DNA of 60,000 nt from Mobula hypostoma (taxonomy: Eukaryota), in assembly GCF_963921235.1 (NCBI RefSeq), contig NC_086108.1, forward strand, positions 60,452,001 through 60,512,000, read 5' to 3'. The notes beneath the pieces were generated by a model. The model did not search any database, was not told the DNA's origin, and was given only the letters and a program-made list of their open reading frames with translations. Of this stretch, positions 1 to 12,400 are shown piece after piece. Each line of letters begins with the position of its first letter. The stretch's first letter is position 1. The translations under genes were made by a program, and so were the position numbers.

Positions 1-289
1 CAATGAGCTGGAGTACAGAAAAACGCTATCATGGACAGTCCCAAGCCCAACTGCAAAAGGAGAAGTGTTGTGTATGAGGCTAGCAACCCCATCCTGTAAA
101 AGCCCAGTGCTAAAGAAATGCCAATAGAGACTCCAGAGACCTTATTCGTGGGAGAGGAAGGACCTTCAAGGACGGTCTACACCCGGGAATAACTTGAAAG
201 ACTGGCCCAGATAGAGGACTGTTGTTGGCGGCCTATGCCTCAGTTGGGTATGGGCTTAATAAGGAAGTAAGTAAAGCAAGGGCAAGGAG

Positions 290-1890
290 ATAGAGACCTT
301 GGTAAAATGGTGTCATGACAACAAACTTTTCTTCAATGTCAGCAAAACAAAGGGGCTGGTCATTGACTTCAGGAAGTGGAGTGGTGCACATGTTCCTGTC
401 TACATCAGCAGTGCTGAAGCTGAGAGGGTGGACAGCTTCAAGTTGCTAGGAGTGAGTATTACGAATAACCTATTCTGGACCAGCCATGTAGATGCCATGG
501 CCAAGAAAACTCATTAATGCTTCTACTTCCTCAGGAAGCTAAAGCAATTTGGCATGACCTGTCAATCCTTACCAATTTTTATCAGTGCACTATAAAAAGC
601 AAACTGTCTGGACGCATAGCGGTTTGATATGGCAACTGCTCTGTATGTGACTGCAAGAAACCGCAGAGAGTGGTGGACACAGCCTAGCACGTCACAGAAG
701 CCACCCTCCACTCAATGGACTCCACCTACAGTTATCGCTGTCTCAATAAAGCAACCAGTCTAATCGAAGAACTACCCACGCTTGACATTCTCTCTTCTCC
801 ACTCTTCTAGTGGGCAAAAGATAAAAAAGCCTGAAAACACCTGCATCTACCCTGTTATTATAAGACTGTTAATGGTTCCCCGGTATGACAAGATGGACTC
901 TTGACTTATAATCTACCTTGTTATGATCTTCACTGTTTATCTGCCCTGCGCTTTCTGTGGAGATATTACAATTTATTTTGTATTATTATTATTTTACCTT
1001 GTTCTACCTGAAACTCTCTTTTACTGGGCGTCTCTGGAAATGCGACTTGTTAGCCCCTCGCTAACAGCCAATGGATTCCGCAGTGAGAAACCCACCTTTC
1101 TCAGGCTTCATAGTCTAGGGTGTAAATGGCTTTGGTCCCACCAAATCCATGGGGTTGGGATGTCTCACCCACCCAAACCACAGTTTGTGTGAATGCTGTG
1201 TGATTTACCGCCCCTGGCAATCGCCCTTCAGCAAGAAATAACAGATCATACACTGCATAAAATTAATAAATATATTTAAGAATGTTAACTTAAGCAAACA
1301 GTTATTAAAGGGGAAAAAAAGAAAAACCAGAAAGGGCCTATTATACTTATACAGTCACATGTGCACGGTGCAGCTCAAATCTTGAAGTTGTCATGTGCTG
1401 GACCCTCGGTCTGCGTGAAAGCACACACTACCTTCTGAAGGTCGCTCTAAAACCATCTTGAACAACCGGGTCTCCCACAGGAGTATTGGTCCTTCCTCCT
1501 CGAAGCCATTCATCTGCACAAAGCACCTTGTGCATCAGGGATGGCATCCTCCACCATCTTTCCCCCTGTCTTCTCCCAGTTCCCACCAACAAAAACCTCT
1601 CCACCCCGCAATCTCTAGAACCTTCTCCCGATTCTACCATCCTGATTGGCTGACACCTCATTTCCAAGGTGAAAAACAAAGCCTCTTATCTCAGCCCAAA
1701 CCCAAACAGGCTGAAAGCAGAACAGACTGCTCTTACAGAACTGCTAAAGTGAAATACCTACAGCTAACAGTAAAAATCTTAACCAGGACATTACACACCT
1801 CAACGCACTGGGTAATTGTTTGATCCCTATGAACAGTATGCAAGCCATGCTTTTCTCTGTATATCAGTACATGTGACAATCATAATTCCC
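290..1890 (+). mobile_element. Rex1/Babar-like LINE 3' fragment, interrupted by a solo LTR
   Basis: WCHDNKLFFNVSKTK...ERVDSFKLLGV RT C-terminal motif; the 3' UTR-like sequence resumes after 1795. Confidence 0.65.
1009..1795. mobile_element. Probable solo LTR (about 790 bp)
   Basis: TG...CA termini, flanks tacc/cacc (4-bp TSD with one mismatch), non-coding, splits a LINE 3' UTR. Confidence 0.5.
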
Positions 1891-2457
1891 ATAACCTTTC
1901 TCATATTTCTTGAAGTTTTTGCCATCTGAAGATTTAGCAGTCTTAGTCCTAAATATTCTCAGAGGTTTTGTATTGTTAGTCCATTGAAGTGAAGAATTCC
2001 AAAGCAACATAACCATTCAAGTGAAACAGTCTTTCATTACCTTATTCTTACAAAGTAGATGGGTCTTCTGCTAATTGTGAGACTAGGATCCTTAGAGCAG
2101 ACACTGAGCTTCCACACTGTCAAATCCCTTAAAAAATGTATATACTGTGTGTCAAGAAGATCACTTTTCTTTTAACTAAATTTCTGAAAATATAGGCCAT
2201 TTTATTCAATCACTCCTAATAAATCAGTTCTCTATTCACAGAAATCAAAGCCAGTGATTCATTATTAGAGGTAAGCATATTCTTCTGTGGAGAGACCAAT
2301 CCTTATGTGAAAATCAACAAAAAACTGCAAGTACTGAAAATCTGAAAATAAAACAGAAAATGCTAGAAACACTCAGCAGGCCAGGCAGCACCTGTGGAAA
2401 GAGAAAGTCTTAACACTTTAGGTCCGTGACCCTTCATTGGACCTGTAACAGCTAACA

Positions 2458-3151
2458 CACCAGTGACCCCTATTTCCATCCAGGGGGTCAGTGTGGACAT
2501 GGTGGAGGATTACAAATACATGGGGATAAGAATTGACAATAAACTGGACTGGTCAAAGAACACTGAGGCTGTCTACAAGGAGGGTCAGAGCCGTCTCTAT
2601 TTCTTGAGGAGACTGAGGTCCTTTAACATCTGCCGGACGATGCTGAGGATGTTCTACGAGTCTGTGGTGGCCAGTGCTATCATGTTTGCTGTTGTGTGCT
2701 GGGGCAGCAGGCTGAGGGTAGCAGACACCAACAGAATCAACAAACTCATTCGTAAGGCCAGTGATGTTGTGGGTATGGAACTGGACTCTCTGATGGTGGT
2801 GTCTGAAAAGAGGATGCTATCCAAGTTGCATGCCACCTTGGACAATGTCTCCCATCCACTACATAATGGTTGGGCACAGGAGTACATTCAGCCAGAGACT
2901 CATTCCACCGAGATACAACATAGAGCATCATAGGAAGTCATTCCTGCCTGTGGCCATCAAACTTTACAACTCCTCCCTTGGAGGGTCAGACACCCTGAGC
3001 CAATAGGCTGGTCCTGGACTTACTTCCTGGCATAATTTACATGTTACTATTTAATTATTTATGGTTTTATTACTATTTAATTATTTATGGTGCAACTGTA
3101 ACAAAAACCAATTTCCCTCGGGATCAATAAAGTATGACTATGACTATGACT
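2458..3151 (+). mobile_element. Rex1/Babar-like LINE, 5'-truncated, with (TATGAC)n tail
   Basis: ORF 2463-2933 (YKYMGIRIDNKLDW...SRLYFLRRLRSFN); AATAAA plus tatgac repeats. Near-identical to the copies at 16561 and 35214. Confidence 0.85.
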
Positions 3152-3915
3152 AACATTGACTGTTTGCTTCTTCTATGTGTTACTTATATGTGTAGCAAGA
3201 AAGACTTCATTATTTCTCTTAGATTCCAATTTTACACCAACTAACCCCTATTTTTCAGTTCATGTAAGTGGGCCACCCAATTCCTCTGCAGTTTAATGTT
3301 TACATGTAAAAAGATTCTCCTATTCTCTTTTTTTTATTGAAGAATAATTTCACAGTTCACTATTTTTCTTACCACCTTCCATCTTCGTAGCCAGTTGCCT
3401 AAACAGTCAACACTTCCTTGCTTTCACGTGGCTAAGTCAAGGGAAGGCCTAGATTTTCCTTATTGGATTTAAGAAGCACTTCTGCCTCTTTTAACCCCAG
3501 TTAAACTTGGAAGAAGTAAGAGATTAAAATGCACATCTTTATGCCTCTCTGGCCCAGCTTTGCTTCCCACCATTGAAACCACAACAGTTTGCCTTCTTTC
3601 CTAGTACAGCTAGCTTCATGTGTCTGTCACTGTTCAGCACAACAGGTTCAAACTGAAGGCACCAGAAGTGGAGCAGGTTAACAGATGGTAAATCCTCGAG
3701 CTAATTTTAATTGATATCTTGCCCTGGATAAGCTCATTCTCATTGTATCATGTACTGAGCAAACACGCTGATGAAAATGTAAACTGTATGTGCTACAAGT
3801 TTGCTATTAATTTTAAAAATGCCTAATAAATCTCTACCTATTGTTAGCTTGCTGTAACATTGAACTTCACAATTGTTTTTGCATACAAGTAGGCAAATAT
3901 AATGCTTAGAACTTA

Positions 3916-4025
3916 GCGATGCACACAAAACATTGGAGGAACTCAGCAGGCCAGGCAGCATCTTTGGAAAAAAGTACAGTCATTTCAGGCCAAGACCCTT
4001 TGGTGGGACTGGAGAAAAAGAGATT
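3916..4025 (-). mobile_element. Short Penelope 3'-end derivative with a degenerate hammerhead motif
   Basis: Matches the PLE tail (ggaggaactcagcaggccaggcagcatct). Flanked by atgcttagaactta / atgcctagaaatta (12 of 14 identical). Confidence 0.6.
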
Positions 4026-4562
4026 ATGCCTAGAAATTATTTTGCTTTCTAATCCACTTCTCTGCTCCTTCCCGGAAGGAGCTAATTTAATCGGTATTGT
4101 CCACCATTGGCTGTACCTGTACTTCACCCTGTTCCTCCCCAGTAAGTTGACATTTTTCATGTGAGAGATGAAGTAGTGAAATACAGCAGTATGCTAGATC
4201 AAGAGGCAGTCATGAAACCAGTGCATTTTTAATGATAACACACTGCAAATTAAGCAAGAGTAACCATCTTGGCTAATTTTAGCTTTCCAGCCCTCAGGAG
4301 CTCTGAGGCTGAATTATCAAACTGTCACCTTAGCTGAAGTAATCTGAATAAGAAATTAAATGTTTGAATCTTCCTAATTTCTAGGTTTTAGTTCCATATT
4401 TTTCAATGTATTTATCAACTGAATCATTGGGAGGGCTCCATAACTGCTTCATTTCAAATTAGCCATCCAACTCTTTACAGGAGCAAAAGTCTTTCAATTT
4501 AACTAGCAGATTGAAAGGGTGCATAATGCTTGTATTTAGAAATAATACTCTATGAACTTCAG

Positions 4563-4690
4563 GTGACCACTTGCTAATATCCAGTGGTCAGAAGTGGTAT
4601 CGTCATCAGCGACTATTGATACCTGGGTTCCACTACTATGTATTAAACCTTTATGCGCAGGAAATCACAGAGGCCACTAGAATCATGCTG
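4563..4690 (+). pseudogene. CYP4 exon 4 equivalent (helix C region)
   Basis: ttcag|GTGACC...ATGCTG|gtatgt, 128 nt; (G)DHLLISSGQKWYRHQRLLIPGFHYYVLNLYAQEITEATRIML. The WxxxR motif reads WYRHQ. Confidence 0.9.
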
Positions 4691-5969
4691 GTATGTATAT
4701 TGAGACTTCTGATAACTCTTAATTGTGACTTTCCAGTAAGATTGGGATACTGGTTATTGAAAGGAGTATTAGCTATTTACACTTGCAGCATTTTTACCAT
4801 CCAGACCCCACTCTTTGTGTGATTCTTACATGAAATGTGTTTGTACCATTTGATGGGAACTTAGAACCAAACAACTTTTAGATGAATTTCCTAGTGAACT
4901 CCCCCTAATGGATTAGCATAATGTTGACAGAATATTATTGGAGATTCTGTTCATATGGTTAAGATACAGGGCAAAAGCAAAATAATATACTCCACCCATT
5001 ATATAGAAATACATTTCTAGCTGAAAGAATATCTATAAAGTCAAGAGTCACAACCCTTTAGGAACCTGTACTTAGAGTCTTCAGTTTGATATACTTTTCC
5101 ACAAAGATTCTACTTTTCAGGTGAGTACCTATAATTCCCATTTCCCACTGCTACAAAGACATGGTTATAACTTTCCATGGCTTCTCCACTCTTTCCGTCT
5201 CCTCATATTTCTGTAAATCAGTCAGTGCAATATCCCAACAACACTGATTTTCTAAATAAAGTGCCTAATTTTGTGCGTGGGAGTGAATTAGCAAGTAACC
5301 GAGCTGGTTGTGTGGATGAATTTGTAACAGAGGAACATAAACTGCAATATAGGTCCAGAGACTCGCTGATGGCTGGGACACTATTTGTCTCTTCATCACA
5401 GTCATCATTAGCACCGTGAAAAAGAATGACTTTCCTTCTTCCTTTCATCTTTTTTCCCATCATTATTGTCTTCTTGCTCTCAACTGTCTTTCATTCTCTG
5501 TAATGGATTTGCTGAAAAGAAACTTTTACCTGCATTAATCTATAACTAAGTAGATTGAGAAGGTTTTTAATGTTTTGAAATTTACAATCGTAGAGGTGTT
5601 CACTCAATGAACTTAATATTAGTGCAGTGTTATCAATGTTGGTGAATCCCCAGCCCAGAGGATATGGGATCTCTTGTTGCTCCTCAGCAAGGTCATTTTT
5701 GAGAATCGATTCTTAAGTGTAATGGATATCCCCTCTGGGGGCTAATTAGGTTAAAACTAACAATTAATGACTAATCCCTCTTGAATCACATTGGAGATAC
5801 CATATTATAACTGCACCAGAATGAATTTTAAGGTGCTACATACAAGAAATTACTGTTTGCAGAGACAAAGGATTTGATCCCTTTTGATTCCCTTATGAAG
5901 GAAATAGAGGCTGGATAATATGTTAGATCCTGTGGCACTCATTAAGAACAGGAAGCAGCTAATTTATGG

Positions 5970-7869
5970 TAAACACAAAATAATCTGCAGATGCTGTTGT
6001 CAAAGGAACACTCACAATGCGCTGGAGGAACTCAGCAGGTCAGTCAGCATCAGTTGAAAAGATTAGTCGACATTTCGGGCCGAAACCCTTTGTCAGGACT
6101 GAAGGAAGAACTTTGGGGAGGGTTTGAAGAATGCTGGTGGTTGAAAAAAACAGTAATTTGAAAGACAAAGGGGTGGGGGAGGGGAAGCAGGGAGGTGATT
6201 GGCAGGAGAACAATGCGCAGTAGTAGAAGGAGGTGGAACTATGAGGGAGGTGATGTGAAATAGGGATAGAGGAAGGGAGGGGGAGTGAATTACCGGAAGT
6301 TGGAGAATTCTATGTTCATACCAAGGGGCTGGAGACTACCTTGACAGTATATGAGGTGTTGCTCCTCCAACCTGAGTTTAGCCTCATCATGGCAGTAAAG
6401 GAGGCCATGTATGGACATATCCAAATGGGAATGGGAAGCAGAGTTGAAATAGGTGGCTGCTGAGAGATCCTGTCTGTTGTGGCGGACGGAGTAGAGGTGC
6501 TCGACGAAGCGGTCCCCCTGCGTCGGGTTTCACCGATGTAGAGGAGGCCGCACCGGGAGCACTGGATGCAATATATGACCCCAACAGACTCACAAGTGAA
6601 GTGTTGACTCACCTGGAAGGACTGTTTGGGGCCCTGAATGGCAGCAAGAGAGGAGGTGTAAGGACAGGTGTAGCACTTGTGCTTACAGGGATAAGTGCCA
6701 GGTGGGAGATCCGCGGGGAGGGATGCGTGGACCAGGGAGTCGCAGAGGGATCGATCTCTGCGGAAAGCAGAGAAGGGTGGAGAGGGAAAGGTGTGCTTAG
6801 TGGAGGGGTCCTGTTGAAGGTGGCAGAAGTTGCGGAGGATAATGTGCTGGATCCGGAGGCTGGTGGGGACAAGGGGAACTCTATCCCTGTTGTGGTGGCG
6901 GGAAGATGGGGTGAGGGCCGAAGTGCGGGAAATGGAGGAGATGCGGGTGAGGGCATCATTGATCACCATAGAAGGGAAACCACGATCCTTAAAGAAAGAG
7001 CACATTTGAGATGTCCTGGAATGGAAAGCCTCATCCTGGGAGCAGATGCGGCGGAGACAGAGGAACTGGGAACAGGGAATGGCATTTTTGCATGTGGCGG
7101 GGTGGGAAGAGGTATAGTCGAGGTAGTTATGAGAGTCAGTGGGCTTGTAGAAGATGTCAGTGGACAGTCTGTCTCCAGAGATGGAGACCGAGAGATCGAG
7201 AAAGGAGAGAGAAGTGTCTGAGATAGACCAAGTGAATTTGAGGGCTGGGTGGAAGTTAGAAGAAAAGTCGATGAAAATGACGAGCTCAGCATGGGTGCAG
7301 GAAGCAGCACCAATGTAATCGTCAATGTACCGAAGGAAAAGTTGGGGAGCAGTACCAGAATAGGTTTGGAGCACAGACTGTTCCACATAACCAACGAAGA
7401 GGCAGGCGTTGCTGGGTCCCATGCGAGTTCCCATAGCTACACCCTTAGTCTGAAGAAAGTGGGAAGAGACAAAAGAGAAGTTATTAAGTGTGAGAACCAG
7501 TTCCGCCAACCAGAGGAGGGTAGTGGTGGTGGGGACCTGGTGAGGTCTATTATCCAGGAAGTAGCGGAGGGCTTTGAGGCCTTCTTGATGGGGAATGGAG
7601 GTGTATAAGGATTGGACATCCATAGTGAAAATGAAGCGGTTGGGACCGGGGAACTGGAAGTTATTGAAGGGGTGGAGGGCATGGGATGTATCGCGGATGT
7701 AGGTGGGGAGGGACTGAACTATGGATGACAAAATGGAGTCCAGGTAGGCAGATACAAGTTTGGTTGGACAGGAGCAGGCAGAAACTATGGGTCTACCGGG
7801 GCAGTCAGGCTTGTGTATCTTTGGGAGGAGGTAAAACCAAGCGGTACGCGGTGTGGGAATAATGAGTTT
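5970..7869 (-). mobile_element. Penelope-like retroelement (Neptune type), 5'-truncated, second subfamily
   Basis: RT motifs (GVAMGTRMGP, YIDD), Cys/His linker, and GIY-YIG (VIYC...LYIGET) with a frameshift. Exact 13-bp TSD agctaatttatgg at 5957-5969 and 7870-7882. Confidence 0.93.
6065..6100 (-). ncRNA. Degenerate hammerhead motif of the second PLE subfamily
   Basis: Reverse complement reads AGTC CTGACAA AGGG tttcgg CCC GAAA TG TC GACT, with two CpG-type changes. Confidence 0.6.
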
Positions 7870-8360
7870 AGCTAATTTATGGCCTTGCCTGACCTGATCC
7901 AATTTCTATGGTTTTTGTAGCAATTCTCTAAAGGTCTTTGGTGACAATGCCACACAATTTGAGGTACATTTGCATGAATTTCCTGGAGAGGATACAGAAT
8001 TAGGTCTCACTGAATATTGTTTTATTTCTTTTTGAAATGACTGCCTTCCTCTTTGGCTTTCTATGTTAGACCACTAATGCAAGATTATATTAATACATTG
8101 TACAGGAGGCATACATTACAACTACCAAGATGTGAATTTTACATTGCAAACAATTTCTTAATAATCTCTAAATCTCCCTAAATATGAATGGTTCCACTCT
8201 GCTATGGCATGGAATAACTTCATTCATAATGTAAAATTGACTTAGGATTTGTTGCAGATAATTATATATTTAAGTAAACTGACTGTGCAAATGTTAATAG
8301 TGCTAGCTTGGCGAGACATTGGTAAGTGGGAGTCTTAATTCATTGATAAATATCTCAGTG

Positions 8361-8440
8361 CAGGAGTTCCCAACCCGTTTTATGTCATGGACCAATATCA
8401 TTAAGAAAGGGGCCTTTGAACCCCAGATTGGGAAGTGCTG
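8361..8440. mobile_element. 80-bp hAT-type MITE (related copy at 56864-56943)
   Basis: CAGG...CTG imperfect TIRs; flanks tctcagtg / tcttagag. Confidence 0.55.
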
Positions 8441-8733
8441 TCTTAGAGCCATGTTAAATTTTGTTTGGATGCCTGAATCATAATCAGGGCTAAAACTCAA
8501 GGTGGTTATCTTTTCCTTAGCCTAAGATTTCCCTAACTTCTGTAGCTAAGCACTCAATATAGCAGTGCAATATTTCATATGAGAGATTCTGCAGATGCTG
8601 GATGAAGGGCCCCAGATGAAGGGTTTAGGCCCAAACGTCGACTCTTTATTCCTGTCCATAGACGCTACCCAACCTGCTGAGTTCCTCCAGCGTTTTGTCT
8701 GTGTTGATGTGAATAACATATCTTTTTCCATAG

Positions 8734-8858
8734 GACAAATGGGAACTACTCAGCACGAATGGAAAATCAGTGGAACTCTACCATCATTTCAGCCTTATGA
8801 CACTAGATAGTATTCTGAAGTGTGCCTTCAGTTACCATAGCAATTGTCAGATTGAAAG
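8734..8858 (+). pseudogene. CYP4 exon 5 equivalent
   Basis: ccatag|GACAAATGG...GAAAG|gctaga, 125 nt; DKWELLSTNGKSVELYHHFSLMTLDSILKCAFSYHSNCQIE. The donor is GC, not GT. Confidence 0.92.
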
Positions 8859-8987
8859 GCTAGAAATTTTTAATGCCGTATTTTTATTATTAATGGTTGC
8901 CCACTGTTCAATATTAAAATAAAACAGGAGTCATGCTCTATCCTACTCATTAGCAGCCTTGCATGCCTCCCAATGTCCACTTACAGT

Positions 8988-9124
8988 CGCAAACACGAGG
9001 AAATCTGCAGACGCTGGAATTTCAAGCAACACACATAAAAGTTGCTGGTGAACGCAGCAGGCCAAGCAGCATCTCTAGGAAGAGGTACAGTCTACGTTTG
9101 GGGCCGAGACCCTTCGTCAGGCCC
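8988..9124 (-). mobile_element. 137-bp Penelope 3'-end insertion (hammerhead remnant plus tail)
   Basis: Closely matches the PLE termini at 26.8 kb and 48.1 kb. Exact 13-bp TSD gtccacttacagt at 8975-8987 and 9125-9137. Confidence 0.88.
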
Positions 9125-9426
9125 GTCCACTTACAGTGCTTGTTTTCCTTCTTCTAATCCCGTGGTTAGTATGAATAATATTTTCTGATCAAATTCCTCC
9201 TTTTTTGTTTAACATGGCTGTTATTTATTATTAGTCACTTTATAGTTTATTAGTTTAAGTAACTAACTAGTTACATAATACAATAAAAAAGCATAGGAAT
9301 TGATTGACAGATTTACTTTTCACTTTAACCTTTTCTGCTTTTTCTCCTTCTGCCTTTCACTCTCTCATTTCTCCTCTCTCATCTCAATGACTCCTGTTCA
9401 TTTATACCAGCCCTTCTGCATACCAT

Positions 9427-12400
9427 GTCCATAAGACCAAAAGACATAGGAGGCGAAATAGGCCATTTAGCCCATCGAGACTGCTCACCGATCCATCATG
9501 GCCAATCCATCTGCCTTCTTGCCATAACCTTTGAAGCCTTGACCAATCAGAAAACTATTGACTTTTGCTTTAAATATACCCACAGACTTGGCCTCCACTG
9601 CAGTCTGTGGCACAGCATTCCAGAGATTCACTACCCTCTGGCTAAACAAATTCCTACTTATCTCTGTTCTAAAGGGTCACCCCTCAATTTTGAGGCTGTG
9701 TCCTCTAGTTCTGGATACCGCCCCCCCCCCCCCCGCCACAGGAAACATCTTCTCCACCTCCACCCTATCTAGTCCTTTCAACATTCAGTAGGTTTCAATG
9801 AGATCCCCCGCATTCTTCTAAATTCCAGTGAGTACAGGCCCAAAGCTGCCAAATGTTCCTCATATGTTAACTCCTTCATTCCTGCAATCATCCTCTTGAA
9901 CCTCCCCGGACCCTTTCCAATGACAACACATCCTTTCTGAGATATGGGGCCCAAAACTGTTTATAATACTCCAAGTGCAGGCTGACCAGTGTCTTATAAA
10001 GCCTCAGCATTACCTCCTTGTTTTAATATTATATTACCTTTGAAATAAATGCCAACATTGCATTTGCCTTCTTTACCACAGACTCAACCTGTAAATTAAC
10101 CTTCTGGGAGTCTTGCACAAGGATTCCAAAGTCCCTCTGCACCTCTGATATTTGATTTTTCTCCCCATTCAAATAATAGTCTGCACTTTTGTTCCTTTTA
10201 CCAAAATGCATTATCATACATTTCCCAACACTGTATTCCATCTACCCCTTTTTACCCATTTTTCCAATTTGTCTAAGTCCTTCTGCAATAGCATTGCTTT
10301 CTCAGCACTACCTACCACTCCAGCTATCTTTGTATCATCTTCACACTTTGCCACAAAGCCATCAATTCCATTATCTAAATCATTGACAAACAATGTGAAA
10401 AGTAGTGGTCCCAATACTGACCCCTGAGAAACACCACTAGTCACTGGTAGCCAACTAGAAAAGGCCCCCTTTATTCCCACTCACTGCCTCCTGCCTGTCA
10501 GCCATTCCTCTATCCATGCCAGTATCTTTCCTGTAATGACATGGGATTGTATCTTGTTAAGTAGGCTCATGTGTGGCACCTTAACAAATGCTTTCTGAAA
10601 ATCCAAGTAAGTGACACCCACTGCCTGTCCTTTGTCCACCCTGCTTGTTACTTCCTCGAAGAACTCTAACGGATTTGTCAGGCAAGATTTCCCTTTACAG
10701 AAACAATGTTGACTTTGACTTATTTTGTCATTAATCTCCAAGTACCCCAAAACATCATCCTTAATAATAGACTCCAACACTTTCCCAGGGTTAGGTAACT
10801 GGCCTATAATTTCCTTTATTTTGCTTTCCTCCCTTCTTAAAGAGTGGAATGACATTTGCAATCTTCCGGTCCTCCAGGACCATGCCAGAATCAAGTGATT
10901 CTTGAAAGATCATAACCAATGCATCTGCCATCTCTTCAGGAACCTCCTTCTGAACTCTGGAATGTGGTCTTCTGGTGCCATCTGCCTTAAGACCTTTCAG
11001 TTTGCCCAGCACTTTTTCCTTTGTAATAGCAATGGCACTTACTCCTGCTCCCTGACACTCACGGACTTCTGGCACACTGCTAGTGTCTTCCACAGTGAAT
11101 ACAGATGCAAAGTACCCATTAAGTTCATCTGTCATTTCTTTGTCTCCCATTACTACCGCACCATTTTCCAGTGGTCCGATATCAACCCTCACCTCCCTTT
11201 TACTCTTTATATAAATGAAAAAGCTTTTAGTATCTTGCTTTATATTATTGGCTAGTTTGCCCTCATAGTTCATCTTTTCTCTTCTTATGGCCTTTTTAGT
11301 CACCTTTTGTTGGATTTTAAAAACTTCCCAATCACCTACTCACTTTTGCTACATTTTATGCCCTTTCCCTAGCTTTAATGCAATCCTTAATTTCCCTTGT
11401 CAACCGCAGTTGCCTACCCCTGCCATTTGAGAACAAGTTCTTCTGTGGGACATATCTATATTGTGCCTTGTGAACTATTCCCAGAAACCTCAGCCACTTC
11501 TGCTCTGCCGTCATCCCCACCAGTATCCCCCTCCAATCCACCTGGGCAAACTCCTCTCTCAAGCCTCTGTGATTCCCTTTATTCCATTGTGATACTGGTA
11601 CATCTGACTTATGCTTCTCCCTCTCAAATTGCAGTATGAATTTAATCATATTATGATCACTGTCTCTTACTGTTTCCTTTACCTTAAGCTCCCTAATAAA
11701 ATCTGGATTATTACACAACACCCAATCTAAGATAGCCTTTCCCTCAAGCACAAGCTGCTGCAAAAAGCCATATTGCAGGTATTCAACAAATTCCCTCTCT
11801 TGCATACCGACACCAATCTGATTTTCCCAATCCCCTTGCATATGGAAGTCCCTACTACAATTGTGGCATTCCCCATATTACTTGACCTTTCCAGCTCCCT
11901 TTGCAATCTCAACCCCACATCTTGGCTACTATTTGTAGGTCTATATATGATTCCCAAATTGTTTTTTTTACCTTTGCAGTTTTTAACTCCACATAATGAT
12001 TCGATATTCTCTGACCCTATGTCACCTCTTTCTTTTTTTTTAAATTTTATTTTTATTTGGATAAGGAGTTCACAATTATCATGTACTTTTTTCACACATA
12101 TAACCTTTTCCATTTTTTATATGTATAAAACTACAATTATTTATACATTCTTAAGTACACATTGAGATGATATAAAAGCAAAATAAACATTTAAATAGAT
12201 AATTATGTACTGTGGTAAATCTAACCTATTAGGCTAAGTAATGAAATTAGTTGTTAAGAAAAATGGTAATAATAGTTTCCATACAACCCTTCTGGACCAT
12301 TTCCACTGGTCCAAAATGTTGCATACAAGCCTATATACCAACCACTGTAGGTGTTTATATCCTAATTTGTTCGTGCTTGTTCCTGCCCGCAGACATAATT

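Noticed and set aside
1..275. RTE-like LINE end fragments (also about 17370-17640)
   Set aside because: Resemblance only at the level of short motifs; boundaries and family cannot be supported without a search.
3685..3732. Possible CYP4 exon 3 (ends ...ILPWI-like after an AG)
   Set aside because: Length does not fit 45 nt, stops in frame, no GT donor; may be chance or too decayed to support.
6601..7608. Long antisense and alternative-frame ORFs over Penelope copies (also at 24-26 kb and 48-51 kb)
   Set aside because: Shadows of C-rich, stop-poor RT coding sequence with no recognisable protein features.
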